Assembly: GCA_052387675.1 (NCBI GenBank)
Contig: JBQTIY010000001.1
Coordinates: 93,480-157,479, forward strand
Reading direction: 5' to 3'
Source of the DNA: Planctomycetota bacterium
GTDB taxonomy: Bacteria; Planctomycetota; B15-G4
Length of the DNA: 64,000 nucleotides
Shown here: positions 45,664-54,368 of the stretch, one piece after another
How positions within the stretch are numbered: position 1 is the stretch's first letter
How the letters are laid out: every line of letters begins with the position of its first letter
The notes under the pieces: model-generated
Told to the model about the DNA's origin: nothing
The model's database searches: none
The model's input: only the letters and a program-made list of their open reading frames with translations
Program-made: the position numbers and the translations under genes

Positions 45664-46616
45664 CTTCCTTTCATCGAGATAGCCAGGCGTTCAAAAAGCT
45701 GAGGCTGACAATGACGCCAATGTGAGAACACACGCTCGGTCGTTTGCGTCTGGAGGACATAGATGACATGCGCGTTGTAGACAGCAATGGCTTGTTGAGC
45801 AGCCTTTTCCGACCAGGCACAAGCTCCGGACCAGCCGCGTTCGAACATGCGATCAACAACTCGAACGAGATTGGTCCAGTGGCCGTGTGTCGTTGCTTGC
45901 GGGCTGCGACAGACTTCAAGCAGCCCGGTCATTCCAGCGTCGACCAATTCACTGGACTGCTGAAACATGCCGATCTGAATGCGCGCGAAGGAAGCGTAGC
46001 CAAGGGCACGATGTTCGCCAGCCACACGAAACTCATCTTGAGCATCCTGTAAGATGCACGACTCCAACTCGCCGATACGCCGCAACGTATCGCGCAAGAG
46101 ATCCGGCGAGGCTACCGAGAAATCAGCGCGCGAAGCGCTGCAGCCCAATGTGAGCAAGCAGTTAGTAGCCATCGGCGCGCGAACACGCAACGGCGCCGAT
46201 AGCGAATGAGCACAGAGCTCGGCGCTGAGCGAGAGAGCCGTTAACGGTTCGTACTTCTGCTCGTCTAGCAGTGTCTCACAGCGGGACGCATGGTTGTAGA
46301 ACCACACCAGGACATCGTCACTAGGATCTGCTGAGGCCGGAATCGGTGCGACCAGCGGGACTTCATCGATCACGCAACACCGGCGCTCGATCAGCTCGAC
46401 GATTCGCCACGTCTTTGGACGACCGACCAAGGGCTGAATCGTCCCGTTCAGGAACTTCGTCAGGCTGGGTCGCGGCACTCCAAGATGATCGGCCAAGCGA
46501 TCCTGACTATTGTGACCTCGCTCCATCCATCGCTGGGCAAGTGATCGAGCATTCTCGATGCGGGTCTTCTGGAAGCTGCTCAACACCACGTTTCGGCGAA
46601 ATACTCGCGAACTCAT
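45654..46616 (-). CDS. HTH-domain protein with helical C-terminal domain (putative regulator)
   Basis: Trimmed to ATG 46616 (MSSRVFRRN). SQDRLADHLGVPRPSLTKFLNG is an XRE-like HTH. The remainder is not recognised. Confidence 0.45.
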   Translation of the reverse strand: MSSRVFRRNVVLSSFQKTRIENARSLAQRWMERGHNSQDRLADHLGVPRPSLTKFLNGTIQPLVGRPKTWRIVELIERRCCVIDEVPLVAPIPASADPSDDVLVWFYNHASRCETLLDEQKYEPLTALSLSAELCAHSLSAPLRVRAPMATNCLLTLGCSASRADFSVASPDLLRDTLRRIGELESCILQDAQDEFRVAGEHRALGYASFARIQIGMFQQSSELVDAGMTGLLEVCRSPQATTHGHWTNLVRVVDRMFERGWSGACAWSEKAAQQAIAVYNAHVIYVLQTQTTERVFSHWRHCQPQLFERLAISMKGSCS

Positions 46617-46821
46617 CGGTGCACCTCCCGGCCATTCGGGTTTGGCCGATGGGTGGAGGCTACAACCAGCTCTTAGGTAACGGGGAACCATCTTGGTTCA
46701 GAGCTGGGTCTGTGGCAAACGCGCTGTCGTGGGAATACCGACACACTCGGAACTACTTTCGAGACACAGGTGTGACGGCTGGACAGACCGTTCCGCGTGA
46801 CTACAATCATCCTAGTAACCC

Positions 46822-46901
46822 GCGCGTGCTCTTCCAGAGATCGCCGCCCCGGTGGGCGGCTGCCAGGCCGGTTCCAAGCGAGCACGCGCACAACGACGGA
46901 C
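46822..46901. repeat. 80-nt intergenic repeat, copy A
   Basis: 72/80 identical to 48908..48987 by manual alignment. Contains the hairpin GCCGCCC-cggt-GGGCGGC. Confidence 0.7.
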
Positions 46902-47112
46902 CCCCACGAAGGGCCCGCAGCTTGGAACCGCCATGACCCTGCCCCCCTACCGCGCCGGCCCGAAACGGTTCCGATGAGCGCCCTGCGAGGCTCGCTCTGC
47001 CGTCGCCAGCTACTCCAGCTCGAGCTGGATCGTGCCGCCCGACTTCACGACGAGCGCTGTCTCCGCGGCACCCTCCGCACCGGGCTCCCTACCCGCCGCC
47101 TGCTCGTCAAGA

Positions 47113-48720
47113 CTAGGGGTGCCCGACCTCCACTGGTACAGGCTGGTGACTCGGCGGAGGCAACGCACCACCGTAGGCGGATGGTGTACCAGCCGTGACA
47201 CCACCCGAACCGATTGACGGCGTAGCTGACGCAGGCAGTTCACCAAGCACGAGCCCATTCTTGAACACCCAGAGGCCCTGCCAGCTCGCGTCATTGGCCA
47301 CTGCAGCATTAATAAGTCCGGCATCCGGTGGCACAGGCTGACACGAGTACGAAGCAAAGCCGTCCACAGGCAGTGTCAAGGTGTCCGAGATCCAGGTCCA
47401 CTCGAACCCCGCGAGTACACCGATTGGATTTCCTTGAGCCGCCCCTGGAGGAACGGCGACCAGGAACGTCTTGAATGTGTACCGCGCCTGTTCACCACAG
47501 GCTCCGCTCCACGACGGAGCATCCAGGAAGTAGGACCACTTGCCTTCAAGATGAGGTGGTGGAAATGGCCAGCTAGGCACGCCGTGATTCCAGACGGTTT
47601 CGCTCCAGTAAAGGGGAGTCGCGTCAGGCACCAAGAATCCGGGAGCCCCCCCGCAGTTCACGGCGCTCGAGATCGTGGGATCAATGCCTGGCAGTGAACC
47701 GATTGAGAAGTGCTCCAACTGCGGCACCCCGTTGAGTTGGTACTCCGTCATGACCTGAACCCATTGGACATCGTAGTTCTTATCGAGTCGTCCCCACTCT
47801 TGAGCGAAGTAGAAGCGCGCGCCCATGCTTCCTTCGAGCAGGCTCGTCGCCGGCTCGATCAACCCAATAACCTGAGTCATTGAAATCCCGGCTTGCGAGA
47901 CAGGTGCACGAACCACGATTGGGTCGAAGCTACAGTCCGGATCCGTCTGTAGGAAGTCGATGTCGTAGCGAATACTGAGCTCGGCCCAGGCCGGTGGCGT
48001 TGGACCCGCAAAGACCGAGGCCCCACTCAGCATGAGGTACGGCAGAGGTGCAGGGCCCGTCACGTGATAGTAGGTGCCCTGCAGCCCAAGTGGCGAGAGA
48101 TCGAAGAGGGCATTCTCGAACGGATCGGTCCAAGTGACGACGAAGTTGTGGTTTGTGGAGTAGTTCGGGTAGGCACAGATGCTGGCAGGGGCCGAGGGGA
48201 CCGCAGGCTGACCCGTTGGAAGTCCAAGCACGCATCCGTAACCCACTGGCGCGGCGGTTGACGAGCCTCCCACTTCCGCAGTCACAGTCTCTCGTCCATG
48301 CCAATGCGCCACTGGCTGAAGGGGCAGATCGGGAATCGGACCGGCGACCCAAACATCGATCGCTGGCCTCACCATGATTCCGTAGGTGGCAAACTGCGGA
48401 AGCGTCTGCTGGGTTGCTTCGAGAAGGAAATGGACCGTCAGGCTCTGTCCATCCCGTGTCGTAGTCACGATCAGACTGGCGATGTGACCGAAGACCGGGT
48501 CCACAACTTCATGCGTTATGGATTGATCTCCCACCATGCACGTGCTCTGAATCTCGCCGTAACCGCCTGAAGGCAGCTTGTCAATGTTGGCGTTGATCCG
48601 CAGTACCACGTCGCCCGGATGCGGTGTCACCTGCGGCGGCTGCGCACTGAGTTGGGCGACACCAAAGACTGCAGTCGCTGCCGTCAGGGACACGGCACGA
48701 CAAAGTCGTGAACGCTTCAT
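47113..48720 (-). CDS. hypothetical secreted protein
   Basis: Trimmed to ATG 48720 (MKRSRLCRAVSLTAATAVFGVAQLSAQ signal peptide). 535 aa, rich in Pro/Trp/Gly, no family recognised. Confidence 0.5.
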   Translation of the reverse strand: MKRSRLCRAVSLTAATAVFGVAQLSAQPPQVTPHPGDVVLRINANIDKLPSGGYGEIQSTCMVGDQSITHEVVDPVFGHIASLIVTTTRDGQSLTVHFLLEATQQTLPQFATYGIMVRPAIDVWVAGPIPDLPLQPVAHWHGRETVTAEVGGSSTAAPVGYGCVLGLPTGQPAVPSAPASICAYPNYSTNHNFVVTWTDPFENALFDLSPLGLQGTYYHVTGPAPLPYLMLSGASVFAGPTPPAWAELSIRYDIDFLQTDPDCSFDPIVVRAPVSQAGISMTQVIGLIEPATSLLEGSMGARFYFAQEWGRLDKNYDVQWVQVMTEYQLNGVPQLEHFSIGSLPGIDPTISSAVNCGGAPGFLVPDATPLYWSETVWNHGVPSWPFPPPHLEGKWSYFLDAPSWSGACGEQARYTFKTFLVAVPPGAAQGNPIGVLAGFEWTWISDTLTLPVDGFASYSCQPVPPDAGLINAAVANDASWQGLWVFKNGLVLGELPASATPSIGSGGVTAGTPSAYGGALPPPSHQPVPVEVGHP

Positions 48721-48907
48721 GATCGACACCTCTCTAGCCAGGTCATCGAGGATTGACGTCGGTAGGGTAAACGCCCGAGCCCATTCCGACACCGAGGCAT
48801 CCCGAACGCCACAAAGACGACGGAGAGTTCTGCGCGGGGAGTGGCTCACAGATTGCCCTCCTCCGGTTTGTCGAAGAGCGCGGCTTCGTTACAATCCACC
48901 CAACTCA

Positions 48908-48987
48908 GCGCGTGCTCTTCGAGAGGTGGTCGCCCAGGCGGGCGGCTGCCAGGCCGGTTCCAAGCAAGCCCGCGCACAACGACGGAC
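48908..48987. repeat. 80-nt intergenic repeat, copy B
   Basis: See copy A. Both copies lie about 190-280 nt upstream of a minus-strand gene start (46616 and 48720). Confidence 0.7.
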
Positions 48988-49130
48988 GCCTCGCCGCGAT
49001 GCAAGCGCTGGGCTGGACCGAGTGCGACATCGTCAAGCGACTCATGCACAGGGCTGGCGCGCATTGATGATGACTCTCGCGTTCATCGAGTTCGCGAAAT
49101 ACTTCCGCATCCTTCGATGCGGTCGGGACA

Positions 49131-51401
49131 TTAGTCGTGCGCAACTGCCTCGGCCGCAGCAAGTACCAACATGCTTGTGGAGTACACGCGCCCGCCATAG
49201 TCACCCCACGGATCGTTCCATGGGTCCCAGGAACCTGCACGCTCGCCGGTCACCATGACTTGTTCGATAAGCACTCGGCTGAGGTCTCGCTTCCACATTG
49301 CCCACTCAAAGCCACCGCGCCGAGCCATGGATTCCGTGGCCCGCAGCCAGTAGTAGAAATCGCGCCGACCCTCAAAGTCGTCTGCCCAGATCGGCGGCAG
49401 ATCGAGCATGAGACCCATTCCCTTCTCGATGAGTTCCTTATTCCCGGAACGCTCTTGAGCAGGGTCGGCGATCAACCGGCACAGTACGCCCACGGCCGTC
49501 ATTGATTCGCTCTGGTCGGGAGGCCAATTTTCCATCATGACACCCTGCACTCGAGCAACGCTCCCGTCGCGGGAGCTGTATCCGGCTCGTCCGGAAGCCG
49601 GGTCGGTAAGTTCTTCAATGAACACAAGAGCGTCTTCGAGCGCCTGTGCCAGCGCCTTGCCATCGACTTCCAGATTCGACACGCGCGCCTTTGCGACGAC
49701 CTGAACGGCCCACCCCGTGACGGAGACGTCATTGCGATAAGTTTCCCGCGCGTTCTCCGCTGGCCAGTAGCGCCATGCTTCGTTCCGGTTGCGAAGATCA
49801 AGAACCTGCTTCACGGCCCTCCGAGCGGGTCCGCGCAGATGATCCGTCCCTTCATAGGACAAGGCTTCAAGCATCGCCAAGGTCGCAATGATGTGGTCGT
49901 AGGTGCTACCCAGAGCCTTTGGGTTTGCGAGGTTTCCGTCCGGCGACTGACCACGCGCCAAGCGCTCCAGGCCAGCCCTCACGACAGGCGCGTACAGACC
50001 TTCCTGTGGGCCATGGCCACTGCGTAGAAAGCAGAGCAACGCCAGCCCGGTGACGCCCACGTCATGCTGTAGATATCCGAGGCCCATGCAAATCGTGTCG
50101 TCGCCCAACTCTCCGCACGCGACATCAAAGGAACCGCACGACCAGCCTCCCTGCAAGTCCGCGTGCATCGCAAGCCAGACGAGCCCCAAATCCCGCACGA
50201 GAGTGAGCGCCGGTCGTACGTCATTATTGAGTCGATTGCGCACTGTCGCGCTCACGATTCGGTTCTTGCCGTTCACAGCCTGCTTCGCCTTCTTGGCCGC
50301 AGCGGGAAACGCAGATCTGAGCGCCTCGGCCTGCTTGCTGATCTCGGCACGGATCATCTCCTGCCCCAGGGAGGCGCGCGTCGTCTTCCCACCACTCGAA
50401 GCCAGAAGTGCAGCAGCCTCGACAAGCAGAGCATCGATCTCCTTGAGCCGCTCCTCGACAGCAAGACGATCCAGCTCATCCGTAAGCATCGGCTTGGCCT
50501 TGGCATACCAGTACGTCGCGCGATAGAGAGAGCTCCGCTTTACCGCACCAGATTGCTCCCTTCCGAATTGCAACCAGAGCTGACCCAGGTCGCGTTGCCT
50601 CACTGCGTCAGCGGGCTGCTCTTGCTCAAGTAACCCAATGCGTCTGAGCGCAAGGTCCGCTGAGAGAGCGAGATGAGCAGTACCCTTGGCGAAATCGCCC
50701 AGCACGAAGCAGAGGTACCAACCGACGCTGTGGTTCGCTGCTTCGTCCTGCGGCTCGCTCTTGAGCTTCTCAAGCGCTGGCTGGACCCGCAGGTACTCGG
50801 CAAGTCCGGCTTGAGCCTGATCCCAGCGGGTGAACAGTGACTCGTCCGCAGACTCGACGATGACGCGCTTCAGTGCGTCACACAGTTTCGTTGCACTAGC
50901 GGCATCACCGGAAGCGAGAGCCTCCTCCACGAGGTTCAGTCCAGCGCCCGCTATTGAACCGACCTCATCAACTGGCGCATTGCGAGCAATGCTCAGAAAC
51001 GCCTCGATCCTCAGTTCACGAGCATCAACCAAGTACCGCCCGTCGAGTTGCTCTATGGCCTCGTAGGCAACATCCAGGCGAAACGCCTCACTGGACAACT
51101 GACGGGCTTGCTCCAGCAGGACATAGACTCCGACAGAAGCGCCTGAGGATGAGCTCGTCGCAGCCGCGAGCAGTCTCTGCGCGAGTTCCAATCGCTTGGC
51201 AGCCGACTCAAGATCAGCGTAGTAGGTCGGATAGACCTCTTCCTTGAGCTTCTTGAGAGCGAGATCGCATGCTTCCGCGTTGGGCACGGGCACTTTGTCC
51301 TGCATGCCTGCGTGTGCAACGGCGCAGAGAGCCACCCAGTGCGAGCTAAGGCAGAGCGCAATCAGGCCAGTAGTGACAATGCCCAAGCTCTTCACTGCCA
51401 A
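49131..51401 (-). CDS. exported protein with helical-repeat N-half and prenyltransferase/terpenoid-cyclase-like alpha/alpha-toroid C-half
   Basis: 756 aa with a signal-like N-terminus. The C-half has repeats such as LQGGWSCG, GQSPDGNLANP, NEAWRYWP and SVTGWAVQ, reminiscent of prenyltransferase / squalene-cyclase beta-type repeats. Confidence 0.4.
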   Translation of the reverse strand: MAVKSLGIVTTGLIALCLSSHWVALCAVAHAGMQDKVPVPNAEACDLALKKLKEEVYPTYYADLESAAKRLELAQRLLAAATSSSSGASVGVYVLLEQARQLSSEAFRLDVAYEAIEQLDGRYLVDARELRIEAFLSIARNAPVDEVGSIAGAGLNLVEEALASGDAASATKLCDALKRVIVESADESLFTRWDQAQAGLAEYLRVQPALEKLKSEPQDEAANHSVGWYLCFVLGDFAKGTAHLALSADLALRRIGLLEQEQPADAVRQRDLGQLWLQFGREQSGAVKRSSLYRATYWYAKAKPMLTDELDRLAVEERLKEIDALLVEAAALLASSGGKTTRASLGQEMIRAEISKQAEALRSAFPAAAKKAKQAVNGKNRIVSATVRNRLNNDVRPALTLVRDLGLVWLAMHADLQGGWSCGSFDVACGELGDDTICMGLGYLQHDVGVTGLALLCFLRSGHGPQEGLYAPVVRAGLERLARGQSPDGNLANPKALGSTYDHIIATLAMLEALSYEGTDHLRGPARRAVKQVLDLRNRNEAWRYWPAENARETYRNDVSVTGWAVQVVAKARVSNLEVDGKALAQALEDALVFIEELTDPASGRAGYSSRDGSVARVQGVMMENWPPDQSESMTAVGVLCRLIADPAQERSGNKELIEKGMGLMLDLPPIWADDFEGRRDFYYWLRATESMARRGGFEWAMWKRDLSRVLIEQVMVTGERAGSWDPWNDPWGDYGGRVYSTSMLVLAAAEAVAHD

Positions 51402-51581
51402 GTCCTCCTAGGTTTTCGCGAGGATATCAAACCTCTTCATGACCTAACTTGTGCCTCTCAAGGTCTCAATCAAGAGCGGAGCGAAGCCTCTCTCCGATCA
51501 CCATCGATCCCTGCCAACGGACGCTCGGCCTCTAGGAGTTGCAGCATTCGCCGGCTCGGCGGTCAGTTCGCGGCGTGACTC

Positions 51582-51821
51582 GTGGCAGATAAGAGATGCC
51601 TGCGGATCGCGCAGCACATCGACTCCACCGCGCTCGTGGACTACCGCGACGCCTCCCGCCGTCTCGGCATCAGCGCGCCCCAACTCACGCACTACATAGC
51701 CCTGCTCGACCTCGCCGCGCCGATCCAGGAGGACATCTTGTTCGGAAGGATCGATGTGCCGGAGCGGACGCTGCGGCCGATCGTCGCCAACGCGCGCTGG
51801 TGCGACCAGCAAGCGGAATGA
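51582..51821 (+). CDS. ParB-like HTH fragment (possible gene remnant)
   Basis: 79 aa, GTG start. RRLGISAPQLTHYIALLDLAAPIQEDILFGRIDVPERTLRPI resembles the ParB/KorB HTH-plus-linker segment. There is no N-terminal ParB/Srx domain. Confidence 0.35.
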   Translation: MADKRCLRIAQHIDSTALVDYRDASRRLGISAPQLTHYIALLDLAAPIQEDILFGRIDVPERTLRPIVANARWCDQQAE

Positions 51822-51822
51822 A

Positions 51823-53055
51823 CTAGCGATCCTGCTTTGGGTCGCCCGTCACGATCTCCGTAGCAGCCGTTCCGTACTCCCCAAACTCGTCCTTCGGGTT
51901 CACGAGAAGGATGATCCTGCAGTCTCCCTTGCCGTAGTCCACGCAGATTGTGCCCCCACGGTGAATCGCAACGAGGGCATGGCTCTTCGCATCAAAGATT
52001 CCACCCCCCGAGTAACCCGTGAAGGAACTCAAGGAATGCCACAACACTCCATCCTTGAAGTAACCGCGTCCCCCAGACGACATGGCCAGAGACGTGCCGA
52101 ACGGATACCCCAGCATGTAGACATCGCTGCTCGCTGGGGTCGAGGGCGTCGCCGAAACGAGAGCAGGTACGAGCCCTGGGAAGGCCGCCTCCAACTCGAG
52201 AATCGCCCAGTCCAAGCGTGACGCGGCTGTAGCTGATGCCTCGATGGACTTGACCCGACGGACTTGATCCGACGTGAAAACGTGAGAGTTTGCTCGCGTC
52301 TGAAATCCAATGATGCAAACGAGGCGCTGCACATTTGGCCCGACCAGGTTTTGAACGACATGGAGCGCTGTTGCAACGCTGGTCGGTCGCACGACCACGC
52401 CCGTACCGCTGCGCTGCCAGTCCTTGACATGCGGTTGGAGGGCGAAGGCTCCACTCGGATCGGAGTCTCCTGGGCAGAGGTTCATCGGATCGAGAGCTAG
52501 CACCCAGTGCTTCTCAGGCTCTCGCCACGTGACCATGTTCTCCGCGACGATGAGGCACGTCGCCAAGAGGTTCCTCTTGAGCGGCTCCGGTGTGCTGGGC
52601 TCGAGCGAAATGCGCGTCACCGGCGAAGTCCGGCGGAACCCAGCCGGGCGGACCCTCACGTCCTCCGTGAGTTGGTGGAGCAGGGTGCGTGTCGGGATTC
52701 GTTGCAGAACTTCACCAGTCGTGGCGGGCTGCTGCTGGATCATGGGTTGGCCAACAGCCGACTCAGCAAGCTGATCAAGCTGCGTAGCAATTCCAGGCTG
52801 GGCTGCCTGCCACGAGGACCTGTCCAGCACCTGCAACTCGCCGCGCCGCTCCAACTCTGCCACGACCAGCTCTGCTTCCAGGCTCTGCACGAACGCCGCC
52901 GCAGCGGGTGGTGGTTCAATCGCTGCCAACTGCGCCGACTCCGGTTCTCTGGCAGAGCAGGCGACGACCATCAGGACGCACACAAGGGCTAATGAGGACC
53001 GTATTGCGCGTCCGTCCGTCACGCACCATCTCAGCAGGCTACGAGCCCGAGGCAT
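51823..53055 (-). CDS. lipoprotein with C-terminal trypsin-like (S1) serine protease domain
   Basis: Candidate triad TALHVV (His), DWAILEL (Asp), TGYSGGGIF (Ser). Lipobox-like LMVVACS. The start is uncertain (ATG 53055, or GTG 53022 to avoid overlap with the upstream gene). Confidence 0.6.
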   Translation of the reverse strand: MPRARSLLRWCVTDGRAIRSSLALVCVLMVVACSAREPESAQLAAIEPPPAAAAFVQSLEAELVVAELERRGELQVLDRSSWQAAQPGIATQLDQLAESAVGQPMIQQQPATTGEVLQRIPTRTLLHQLTEDVRVRPAGFRRTSPVTRISLEPSTPEPLKRNLLATCLIVAENMVTWREPEKHWVLALDPMNLCPGDSDPSGAFALQPHVKDWQRSGTGVVVRPTSVATALHVVQNLVGPNVQRLVCIIGFQTRANSHVFTSDQVRRVKSIEASATAASRLDWAILELEAAFPGLVPALVSATPSTPASSDVYMLGYPFGTSLAMSSGGRGYFKDGVLWHSLSSFTGYSGGGIFDAKSHALVAIHRGGTICVDYGKGDCRIILLVNPKDEFGEYGTAATEIVTGDPKQDR

Positions 53056-53950
53056 TGGTCGCCTTGTCAAGTCGGCTTGCAACCTCCGCAGCGAGTCGAT
53101 CGACAAACTCCTTTGCATTCGATGGATCACGCTCGGTCACCGTCACTCGGAGCCAGTAGTTTCCTTTTCCCTTCACGCCCAAGGGCGTCTCTGACACTGG
53201 GACCCCGAGGAACCATCCAGCTGGCTCGAGATTCCGGACGGTCGTGCCCAACTGTTGACCCTTGCTGTCGAAGGAACAGTCGGCGAGTGAAGTCCTTCCG
53301 AACTGGCCGTCCTTCTTTGACCAGAACCCTTCCATCTGTACGCGAACGCGGATGTCGGCTCTATCTCCAGTATCCAGAGCCCAGATCCACAGCGCGGTCC
53401 AGAACGTGCGAGGATCAAAGTGCAGGATCTTCGCCTTGGCGCGGGTGAGGTGCACGTAAGCCGGTTGAATCATGAGGGCCGTCTTGTCGTCGGAAGGTTT
53501 GAAGAGACAGATCAAGTCCAGATCCGTATCGCCTTCGACGCGGTTCTCGGTGTAACGCCGAAGGCGGAAACCTCGATGCAGTTGATCCTGGCCGCCACTT
53601 GTCCAGAATCCCTGCAGTGCCCTTCCGACCGAGTACTGGGCCTCGTAGGTCGCAGCTTCGTCAGCGAAAGCCTGCTTCACGGCATCGACGGCATACGCCA
53701 CCGCGGCTGCCATCAGGGAGGACGTACCAGCCTGGTCAACAATACGGTCCCTCTCTTCAAGCTTTCCCTCATCAACGAGCTTAGAGATGTTCTCAGCCGT
53801 CAGCGGCTCCAGAACCAGTCGCTCGTCGTCGGTCGCCTGAGAAGCTGGGTGCGCAGGCAGTAGTGCGTTGCAGCCCGCGAGGACAACGACAATGACGAGT
53901 GCGACACACTTGCTCAATCCGAACCTCCGCTCCTTCAAGAGATCACGCAA
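53039..53950 (-). CDS. lipoprotein, unknown function
   Basis: 303 aa. CVALVIVVVLAGCN is a lipobox. No family recognised. Lies immediately upstream of the S1 protease gene. Confidence 0.5.
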   Translation of the reverse strand: MRDLLKERRFGLSKCVALVIVVVLAGCNALLPAHPASQATDDERLVLEPLTAENISKLVDEGKLEERDRIVDQAGTSSLMAAAVAYAVDAVKQAFADEAATYEAQYSVGRALQGFWTSGGQDQLHRGFRLRRYTENRVEGDTDLDLICLFKPSDDKTALMIQPAYVHLTRAKAKILHFDPRTFWTALWIWALDTGDRADIRVRVQMEGFWSKKDGQFGRTSLADCSFDSKGQQLGTTVRNLEPAGWFLGVPVSETPLGVKGKGNYWLRVTVTERDPSNAKEFVDRLAAEVASRLDKATNASGS

Positions 53951-53957
53951 TCCGACG

Positions 53958-54200
53958 CTACAGCTTCATCCGGTTCAGCACCACCAGCACCAGATCCACC
54001 TGCTTGGGGGTCATGGCCCCCATGGCGACGAGGATCTCGCCGATCTTGCGGGCGGGGCGGGCGGCGCGCTGGTCGGCCTTCTGCTCGGTGAGCGCCTGGT
54101 AGAGCTGCGCGGGGCTGATGAAGCCCTTGAGGCAGGCCACTTCACCGAAGAGTTCCGGGTCCGACTGGCCGTCGTCTGACGACCCGATGCCGAAGGTCAC
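53958..54200 (-). CDS. stand-alone MshEN/T2SSE_N-like mini-protein (copy 3)
   Basis: 80 aa with a GTG start preceded by GGAAAGGTGGA. Contains LFGEVACLKGFISPAQLYQALTEQ and RKIGEILVAMGAMTPKQVDLVLVVL. Confidence 0.6.
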   Translation of the reverse strand: MTFGIGSSDDGQSDPELFGEVACLKGFISPAQLYQALTEQKADQRAARPARKIGEILVAMGAMTPKQVDLVLVVLNRMKL

Positions 54201-54279
54201 CGTTCCACCTTTCCGTTCCGGAGGCGAGCCTGCTCAAGAAAGAGAGCGAGAAATCGGCAACCCCCGGGACAGGAATTCC
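54201..54279 (-). promoter_or_regulatory. conserved leader of MshEN-like gene (GGAATTCCTGTCCC at 54266..54279)
   Basis: Same box and spacing as at 27250 and 36395. Confidence 0.45.
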
Positions 54280-54368
54280 GTGGTCACAGGAAAATTCTTG
54301 GTGCCGGGCCGGTGAGTGGCGGCCGCGCGCGCCGCGGCGGGAAGGCAGAACCAGCGCCCCGCTGCGTG

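Larger units (their letters stand above)
43590..53955. other. putative horizontally acquired segment (visibly lower G+C, all-hypothetical exported proteins)
   Basis: By eye the sequence is less GC-rich than its flanks and codons end less often in G/C; this was not computed. None of the genes belongs to a housekeeping family. A ParB-like HTH fragment and duplicated 80-nt elements are present. No integrase or flanking direct repeats were found. Confidence 0.4.

Noticed and set aside
48908-49068. One plus-strand frame reads ...HNDGRLAAMQALGWTECDIVKRL*, vaguely like a ParB/Srx N-terminal motif, suggesting a split ParB together with the fragment at 51582
   Set aside because: The match is short and lacks the conserved basic pair. 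The 80-nt repeat shared with 46822 ends before this motif. The reading cannot be supported without a profile search.
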